Positions 19,435-24,754 of a DNA stretch of 24,754 bases are shown here, one piece after another; the first letter of the stretch is position 1; each line of letters begins with the position of its first letter. Where the stretch lies: IMG/VR virus record IMGVR_UViG_3300004776_000009, positions 1 to 24,754 of that record. One strand, given 5' to 3'. Under the pieces are notes generated by a model. It searched no databases. It was not told the origin of the DNA and saw only the letters and a list, made by a program, of their open reading frames with translations. The stretch comes from a virus (Duplodnaviria > Caudoviricetes). A program made the translations under genes and the position numbers.

Positions 19435-21237
19435 TTGAGCATGTTACAAAAGATAATAACATCAGGCACTACGCTAACATATCCTAGCATGTGGTATCAT
19501 CAAGATACTAATTGGTCGGCTAAGGCTGTAACCACTGCGGCTGATAGATATACTTTGGTTTCCCCGGATGCGATACAAGTAGATGTAGGTGGGGTATCGC
19601 TAACGCAATACTCGAAACAGATGTTGGATTTATCACTCGACACCAATTGGGACTTTGGGCAGAATATAGGGACATGGACTGCTGAACATACTTACGCAGT
19701 AGGTGATTTAGTTAGGCCGCAAGCGGCAACTATTGCTGATGGTAGTAAGAATAATAATACGGCTTATGCTACTGGTGTGGCTAATGCTAATGTAATGGCT
19801 AATGGGGTTACGATAAGTGCGGATAGTGTGTATGACACTCAGTATGCGTGGAAGGGGTTTAATCAATCAATTGGCGGAGGGGATAATTGGGGTCCAAATA
19901 ATTCGGGTTTTCCTCACTGGCTAAAATATGACTTTGGTATAGGTAAATCTACTGTGATAAATAAATTCAAATTTCACAGTTCCAATACTTATAGCCCAAA
20001 GACATTCACGCTTGATGGTTCAAACAACAACACTGATTGGACTACGCTATATACTGGGACCAATGTGGCAGACCCTGTAAGTAACTGGACACCGTATTTT
20101 ACTTTTAGTAATTCAACGGCATACAGATATTATCGCCTTCATATTACTGTTGGTTGGTCGGCAGAATGGATAGTGTTAAACGAACTCCACCTCGTCTCCC
20201 AACCTTCCCTCATCTTCCGTGCATCAGCCATCACTACAGGGGTGTCTAACTCAACTGAACCATCATGGGCTGTAACTGGTGATACAACTGATTCAGGTGT
20301 CACTTGGACTGCATATACTGATTATACTAATGCTCAGAACAGAGCAGGTCAGGACTTTTACGTTTACGCAGTTGCTCGTTCAGAAGGCAGTATTCCTAAG
20401 TTACTCGTATCAGCTAATGCTACCTACCCAATTAACTATACAGCTAACACAAGCAGGAAGATAGCTGGATTCCACTGCCTCTGTAACTCAGTAGGCACAG
20501 TAGCAGGTAACTCACTCACAGGTTATGTTACTGGAGATATATTACCATTATCAGTTTGGGACTTGCATAAAAAGAGCCAAGCAGTATCCGGCAATGTAGG
20601 GCAAGTATATAATAGCGAAACTGGTAAATGGGCAGGTATATACCCTGTTAGTGGTAGCAAAACAGCACCTACTATAGTTTATGGTGGGACGATATTAGTC
20701 TCAACTGACTGGAATGATGCTGTTGATGCAGGTAAAGTAGCAGGGATGTTTCTACCGTCAGACGCTGGCTTTCAATCACAAGCAGCAGGTAGTAATGAAC
20801 AGACTGTAATTAATGGTGCAGCATTACCCACTACAGCTATTGGCGCAGTTGACTCAGCCGGGACTAGGATGATTTCTAACATAGGTTGTGAACTATGCTG
20901 TGGGGCACTGGATTACTGGTTGGATGAACAATCATACAGGTTTGATGCAGCAACAGCGCATACACACGCAGTTACGCTGACAGGCGAGGCTGGAACATTT
21001 ACAAGTGCCGTAGCAAGTGCCAACGTAGCTCCTGCATGGGGATGGCAAGCCGCCAGTGGCTCAAAAGGTTCAATTTATAAGCAAGGTAGCTATGGTGATG
21101 TTAAACTAACAGCAGGTGGGAAAGCAACAGGAACAGCCGCTAATGCTGGTTCAAGAGGCAGAGACGCAAGTAATTGGCGCTGGGCGACAAGCACGGGAAT
21201 CGGTGTAAGATTAATAGCAAATTCAATAGAGAAATAG
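19435..21237 (+). CDS. Mtd-like receptor-binding protein 3 with inserted CBM5/12-like and F5/8 type C domains
   Basis: TTG start after AGGAGGT; MSMLQKIITS parallels MSILQRITTS of protein 2. Contains FPHWLKYDFG...PKTFTLDGSN...AYRYYRLH and C-terminal GSRGRDASNWRWATSTGIGVR. Confidence 0.85.
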   Translation: MSMLQKIITSGTTLTYPSMWYHQDTNWSAKAVTTAADRYTLVSPDAIQVDVGGVSLTQYSKQMLDLSLDTNWDFGQNIGTWTAEHTYAVGDLVRPQAATIADGSKNNNTAYATGVANANVMANGVTISADSVYDTQYAWKGFNQSIGGGDNWGPNNSGFPHWLKYDFGIGKSTVINKFKFHSSNTYSPKTFTLDGSNNNTDWTTLYTGTNVADPVSNWTPYFTFSNSTAYRYYRLHITVGWSAEWIVLNELHLVSQPSLIFRASAITTGVSNSTEPSWAVTGDTTDSGVTWTAYTDYTNAQNRAGQDFYVYAVARSEGSIPKLLVSANATYPINYTANTSRKIAGFHCLCNSVGTVAGNSLTGYVTGDILPLSVWDLHKKSQAVSGNVGQVYNSETGKWAGIYPVSGSKTAPTIVYGGTILVSTDWNDAVDAGKVAGMFLPSDAGFQSQAAGSNEQTVINGAALPTTAIGAVDSAGTRMISNIGCELCCGALDYWLDEQSYRFDAATAHTHAVTLTGEAGTFTSAVASANVAPAWGWQAASGSKGSIYKQGSYGDVKLTAGGKATGTAANAGSRGRDASNWRWATSTGIGVRLIANSIEK

Positions 21238-21251
21238 ATAGGAGATATATT

Positions 21252-21641
21252 ATGCAGGGTATCACAAACACGTGGAAATTAAATTCAAAACAGGACTTCG
21301 AGAATAACTATCAGGCTAGATTGGCTAATGGAGAGTCTGACCCACTGATTGACTACAGGCTAATATATTCATGTATGGATAATTGGTTTAACGAAACAAC
21401 CACCGAAGAGCAAATGATTATGGACCCTATCACAGAAATCGAAGTTGCAACACAGGTTGAGGTTCCTATAATTGTAGAGAATATTGAAGCTGGAGTAACA
21501 GATGCTACTCACCGAATCATAAATGGTGGAAGTGAAGAAGAGCCTGTATTCTACCAACAGATTTTACGATACGACAATAATTGTTATGCAGCATTAAAGG
21601 GCTTTACACCAGCGGAACTAGAATCAATCTTGGGCCTATAA
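21252..21641 (+). CDS. Acidic protein, probable Mtd-associated fibre assembly factor
   Basis: ATG 21252 follows AGGAG. LNSKQDFE...GVTDATHRII...GFTPAELE resembles, from recollection, small genes found after phage Mtd-like genes. Confidence 0.6.
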   Translation: MQGITNTWKLNSKQDFENNYQARLANGESDPLIDYRLIYSCMDNWFNETTTEEQMIMDPITEIEVATQVEVPIIVENIEAGVTDATHRIINGGSEEEPVFYQQILRYDNNCYAALKGFTPAELESILGL

Positions 21642-21642
21642 C

Positions 21643-21789
21643 GTGAAAACCGATTTATCGTGTCTCGCTTGTAAGTGGTATGGGCGGTGTAAGTATTACC
21701 TAAAGCTACTAACTGAGGGTGCTACACCTCCCGATGATTGTAAGGACTTAGCGGAAGATAGGATACGATGCTTACAAAAATCTGTATAG
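21643..21789 (+). CDS. 48-aa Cys-rich peptide, possible metal binding (absent from ORF track)
   Basis: GTG 1 nt after the upstream stop. MKTDLSCLACKWYGRCKYYLKLLTEGATPPDDCKDLAEDRIRCLQKSV has a CxxC-x5-C...C pattern and fills the intergenic gap. Confidence 0.5.
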   Translation: MKTDLSCLACKWYGRCKYYLKLLTEGATPPDDCKDLAEDRIRCLQKSV

Positions 21790-22034
21790 GCTTGTTATTA
21801 ACCGTGGCGTTATACGGTTGTGGTCCAACGAAGGAATCAATTACAGACCTACGGGAATATAATGTTGATGGATACCTGGCATTTGTGGGTGTCGGCTCAT
21901 TCGACGGTGATAAATTTGTTATTAATGATTACCGTGGCGTTAAACATGATATTCCAGCCGGGGCAGTAATTCTCGAAGGGCCAATATCCTTAGAATCTTT
22001 TGAGCGTGCTAGGATGCGGATTACCCCTGAGTAA
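21768..22034 (+). CDS. Small lipoprotein
   Basis: Signal peptide MLTKICIGLLLTVA followed by lipobox LYG-C. Confidence 0.7.
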   Translation: MLTKICIGLLLTVALYGCGPTKESITDLREYNVDGYLAFVGVGSFDGDKFVINDYRGVKHDIPAGAVILEGPISLESFERARMRITPE

Positions 22035-22064
22035 TTTGGTGACGAAACAGATTTCATTACCAAA
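22035..22064. promoter_or_regulatory. Imperfect 13-bp inverted repeat (hairpin or operator)
   Basis: TTTGGTGACGAAA-caga-TTTCATTACCAAA, 11/13 Watson-Crick, immediately after the lipoprotein stop codon. Confidence 0.5.
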
Positions 22065-22097
22065 ACGAAATGGCCTCGCAACCTATGGACATAATTT

Positions 22098-22379
22098 ATG
22101 AATAGAGTGTTTATGGCGATTATTGTGGTAATTCAGGCAGCGATACTTGCCTTACTTACGCAGCAGGTTGTTGAACTCAAAGCACAGGCGTTGTTGCTAC
22201 CTCAGCAAATAGACTTACTCATAGCCGCAGGTGATAAAGTAATCAACCTGGACTGCCCCGAATGTCCGGGGTGTCCGCCTTGTAAAGATTATGCACCGGA
22301 GTTTGATAAGTTACGCAAGCAACTCAAATCAGATAACGCCCCACAAGGTTATTATTATTACTACGGGGGATGCAGGTGA
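22098..22379 (+). CDS. Membrane-anchored protein with a CPxCPxCPPC motif
   Basis: N-terminal hydrophobic helix VFMAIIVVIQAAILALL; DCPECPGCPPCKD; C-terminal YYYYYGGCR. Confidence 0.65.
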   Translation: MNRVFMAIIVVIQAAILALLTQQVVELKAQALLLPQQIDLLIAAGDKVINLDCPECPGCPPCKDYAPEFDKLRKQLKSDNAPQGYYYYYGGCR

Positions 22380-22561
22380 TAGAAACAATACTACCTTACA
22401 TCCATATTTACTTAACACGTCCGACAGTAGTTGCCGTGGATTTATTAATATTGTCTGTAGCAGTTACTTGTGGTTTGGGTATTTTTATTCTTAAACGAAA
22501 AGTTGATGCCTTAACCGGAGCAATAAGACTACTCAACGAAAGATTAGATCGTGATACCTAA
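22370..22561 (+). CDS. Small single-pass membrane protein
   Basis: VVAVDLLILSVAVTCGLGIFIL followed by KRK and a short amphipathic tail; overlaps the upstream gene. Confidence 0.55.
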   Translation: MQVIETILPYIHIYLTRPTVVAVDLLILSVAVTCGLGIFILKRKVDALTGAIRLLNERLDRDT

Positions 22562-22578
22562 CATACTTGAGATATAAT
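22551..22578 (+). promoter_or_regulatory. Putative sigma70-type promoter for the RNA/HNH unit
   Basis: Perfect TATAAT at 22573-22578; GTGATA (4/6 match to TTGACA) at 22551-22556 with a 16-nt spacer; the RNA stem starts about 10 nt downstream. Confidence 0.5.
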
Positions 22579-22587
22579 ACAATAAAA

Positions 22588-22641
22588 TAGCTGGATAGGG
22601 TAGCTCCCGACAAGTTGGAAATCTCAGCCAACTTCCAGCTA
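22588..22641 (+). ncRNA. Three-stem structured RNA, C4/CI-antisense-like architecture
   Basis: Outer stem TAGCTGGA/TCCAGCTA encloses GGG-TAGCT-CCC and AAGTTGG-aaatctcag-CCAACTT. The loop TCTCAG is complementary to CTGAGA (22651) and to TGAGA (22664), which overlaps the SD. Confidence 0.6.
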
Positions 22642-22675
22642 ATAAACAAACTGAGAATTACTATGAGAGGTAATT

Positions 22676-23491
22676 ATGGGAAAGATAATAGACATTACTG
22701 GTCAGAAGTTTGGAAAGTTAACAGTGATTAGCTTGACAGATAAGAAGAAAAACGACGGGTGTGCTATTTGGGAGTGCCAATGTGAATGTGGCAATATGTT
22801 TGAGGCAAAATCAACTCAATTAAGAGGTGGTTTTGTGACGAACTGTGGGTGTGATAATCCTAATAGGGGTAAGTTAGAAAACCAAAGATTCAGTCGTTTA
22901 ACAGTTAAAAGATTCTTTTGTATAGACAAACATGGAAAAGTAGTTTGGGAGTGTTTATGCGATTGTGGGAATATCAGTTTTGTTAATACCAGTAGTTTAA
23001 CTACGGGCAACACCAAGTCATGTGGATGTATAAATAAAGAACATCCTGGTAGGACTAAGCACAACATGAGCCATACGCCTGAATATAACTCTTTTGCCGC
23101 AGCTAAAGAAAGATGCAACAACCCCAACACTCCTAGTTATAACAATTATGGAGGAAGGGGAATAAAGTTTTTATGGGATACATTTGAGGAATTTTATAGA
23201 ACAATGGGGCCACGCCCAGCAGGGACTAGCCTGGACAGAATAGACAATAATGGAAACTATGAAAATGGTAACTGTAGATGGGCCACGAACACAGAACAAA
23301 CAAACAATGCCAGAAGTAACATAAAAATCAATATAGATGGAGTTTTAAAGACTTTAGCTATGTGGGCTGATGAGTTTAAGTTAAACAAACAGACTGTCTA
23401 TACTAGATATTCAGAGGCTAAGGATAGAGACCCTGAAATATTGTTTAGACCTTCTGTTGGCTCTAAACACAGAAGTAGGCGTAATTGTTAA
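22676..23491 (+). CDS. HNH homing endonuclease with two N-terminal Cys-rich DNA-binding repeats
   Basis: DITGQKFGKLTV...WECQCECGN...NCGC and ENQRFSRLTV...WECLCDCGN...SCGC; RCNNPN..SYNNYGGRGI; SLDRIDNNGNYENGNCRWAT. GAGGT RBS. Confidence 0.92.
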   Translation: MGKIIDITGQKFGKLTVISLTDKKKNDGCAIWECQCECGNMFEAKSTQLRGGFVTNCGCDNPNRGKLENQRFSRLTVKRFFCIDKHGKVVWECLCDCGNISFVNTSSLTTGNTKSCGCINKEHPGRTKHNMSHTPEYNSFAAAKERCNNPNTPSYNNYGGRGIKFLWDTFEEFYRTMGPRPAGTSLDRIDNNGNYENGNCRWATNTEQTNNARSNIKINIDGVLKTLAMWADEFKLNKQTVYTRYSEAKDRDPEILFRPSVGSKHRSRRNC

Positions 23492-24054
23492 TGATACCCA
23501 ACATACTCGAAATTGGAAAATTTCTATCGGACTACGGCATTTTTGCTTTTATTATTGTGCTATTAGCTATAGTGGGAACTTATTTCATTGGCAAGTTCTT
23601 TTTATCATTACACTCCAAGATAGACGCAGCCTCGTCAATCACCCAACAGTTAGGAGAAAGGATAGTTACCAGTAGTGGCGACCCTACTGTCCATTATACA
23701 ATATTAAAAGAAATAGAGAACGAACTACAGGAACTAAGACAAGATGCAGAAGCACACGCAGCTAACGCTAATAAACATTACGAGGATGTAATACGGCTCA
23801 ATTCACAGGAAGTATATGCCCGATGTAATATAGATAGATGTCCACATTTAGTGACTATTCGTAACCAAATAAAAGATGTGGGTAGTCTATTTGCAGATTT
23901 CAATGTTAAGGCGGAGGAATCAAGGAACGCATCAGGCGCATCCTTAAAAGACATTCAGAGTCAAATGACAACACTTGCAGCAGAGGTCTCAGCACAATCT
24001 AAACAAGTGGTTCAACTGTTAGGAGACGTGCTTGTGGGGCGCAAAACCAAATGA
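23491..24054 (+). CDS. Holin-like single-pass membrane protein with a long coiled-coil tail
   Basis: ATG overlaps the HNH stop (TAATG). FLSDYGIFAFIIVLLAIVGTYFIG resembles BhlA/UviB-type holin N-termini. The helical C-terminus contains CNIDRCPH. The holin function is inferred. Confidence 0.5.
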   Translation: MIPNILEIGKFLSDYGIFAFIIVLLAIVGTYFIGKFFLSLHSKIDAASSITQQLGERIVTSSGDPTVHYTILKEIENELQELRQDAEAHAANANKHYEDVIRLNSQEVYARCNIDRCPHLVTIRNQIKDVGSLFADFNVKAEESRNASGASLKDIQSQMTTLAAEVSAQSKQVVQLLGDVLVGRKTK

Positions 24055-24754
24055 GTAGCACATGCGAAACACTAAAACATAATATGTCGGACAGGCACCA
24101 ATCATTGTTCGCCACGATGCCGATAGGTTGCATAGTGATTGACCTAAATGGTGATACAATTGACGTAAATCCCAAAGCATTGGAGATACTAGGCTCTCCC
24201 TCAGCCGAAGCTACTAAACAGATTAACATGCTCACGTTTCAACCTCTAATTGATGCAGGTGTTTCGGCTATTGCTATTAGGTCTCTTGGTGGTGAATCCA
24301 AGATTGTCCACGACATTTACTACACAAGCTGTTGGGGAAAGACAGCCGCCGTCAGGTTTACAGCTACACCAATCTATGATGAACAAGATTATGTGTGTTT
24401 GACGTTGATTATGATGGAAGACATGACGGATTATACCTCTTTGAAGTGCGAACTAGAACGCAACAATAAGATGCTTAAAGCCATAATTGATAATATACCC
24501 AGCATGATATGGCTAAAGGACGTTGACGGTCGTTATTTATTCACCAACAAATCATTCGATGAATTTAATCAATTCACCAATACAGACCCTATTGGTAAAA
24601 CTGATGCTGAGATATGGCCCAAGGACCAGGCTGATTCCTTTACCGTAGAGGATATATCGGTTAGAGAATGCGAGTATCTCTTAGAAAAGACTGACGCAAT
24701 TATTCATCCTGTTTACGGCCCTAAACACTATCACACTATAAAGGTGGGCGTATG
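24051..24754 (+). CDS. Tandem PAS-domain protein, 3'-truncated (absent from ORF track)
   Basis: ATGA overlap at 24051 and open to the window end. PAS1: SLFATMPIGCIVIDLNGDTIDVNPKALEILG...TPIYDEQD...IMMEDMTD. Linker: LKCELERNNKMLKAIIDNIP. PAS2: SMIWLKDVDGRYLFTNKSF...IGKTDAEIWP. Confidence 0.88.
   Translation, partial: MSSTCETLKHNMSDRHQSLFATMPIGCIVIDLNGDTIDVNPKALEILGSPSAEATKQINMLTFQPLIDAGVSAIAIRSLGGESKIVHDIYYTSCWGKTAAVRFTATPIYDEQDYVCLTLIMMEDMTDYTSLKCELERNNKMLKAIIDNIPSMIWLKDVDGRYLFTNKSFDEFNQFTNTDPIGKTDAEIWPKDQADSFTVEDISVRECEYLLEKTDAIIHPVYGPKHYHTIKVGV

Larger units (their letters stand above)
22551..23514 (+). mobile_element. HNH endonuclease cassette bounded by a recoded 24-nt duplication of the start of the holin-like gene
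   Basis: 22551-22574 GTGATACCTAACATACTTGAGATA (then TAA) and 23491-23514 ATGATACCCAACATACTCGAAATT both encode MIPNILEI and are 19/24 identical. Confidence 0.75.

Noticed and set aside
15868-21237. Shufflon or invertible tail-fibre cassettes
   Set aside because: No inverted partial fibre genes, conserved inverted crossover sites or recombinase were seen; all paralogs are complete and co-oriented.
16267-22675. DGR template repeat, IMH or reverse transcriptase near the Mtd genes
   Set aside because: No intergenic AAY-rich copy of any C-terminal tip and no RT motif was found by eye. The intergenic gaps hold mini-ORFs instead. A remote DGR is not excluded.
22575-23490. Group I intron or IS200/IS605 (IscB/HEARO) identity for the HNH cassette
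   Set aside because: The non-coding part is only about 100 nt, with no intron core. The protein lacks PLMP/RuvC motifs, and the recoded duplicate start removes any need for splicing.
11221-23490. ORF-track starts at 11221, 17547, 21174 and 23485 (also 55 and 9851)
   Set aside because: Nearby in-frame ATGs with an RBS or stop-start coupling fit better (11287, 17562, 21252, 23491, 9860), and the first ORF is open from base 1.
1204-24235. Short minus-strand ORFs and nested alternative-frame plus-strand ORFs in the track (e.g. 1204-1455, 1831-2124, 8268-8501, 15867-16079, 22816-23130, 23999-24235)
   Set aside because: They lie within long, motif-bearing plus-strand genes, lack recognisable motifs and read as shadow frames.
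1-24754. CRISPR array, tRNA/rRNA genes or stop-codon reassignment
   Set aside because: No regularly spaced DNA repeats or cloverleaf was seen. Genes are full length under the standard code, and TAA, TAG and TGA all occur as genuine gene ends.

Overview
A segment of a large contractile-tailed (myovirus-like) dsDNA phage or prophage. All credible genes are on the + strand and tightly packed. Order: baseplate module (5'-truncated gp25-like/LysM-like fusion, baseplate J/gp6-like, P2 gpI-like, a beta-clip protein, two paralogous gp8-like wedge proteins, a 1647-aa DUF4815-type protein), three unknown ORFs, a ~1660-aa modular tail fibre, three tandem Mtd-like (C-type-lectin fold) receptor-binding proteins with a likely chaperone, and then a membrane/lysis-like cluster. 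That cluster is interrupted by an HNH endonuclease and ends in a tandem-PAS protein that the ORF track misses. Three observations stand out. (1) The HNH gene sits in a cassette bounded by a synonymously recoded duplicate of the first 8 codons (MIPNILEI) of the holin-like gene, and it carries a promoter and a three-stem RNA whose loop is complementary to the HNH ribosome-binding region. (2) The putative ligand-binding segments of the fibre and Mtd genes are bracketed by polar synonymous-site bias: G/T-ending codons on the 5' side and C/A-ending codons on the 3' side. (3) A PAS sensor gene is translationally coupled to the holin-like gene. No reverse transcriptase, DGR template repeat, tRNA or CRISPR array was seen. 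All family calls come from motif recognition by eye, not from database searches.
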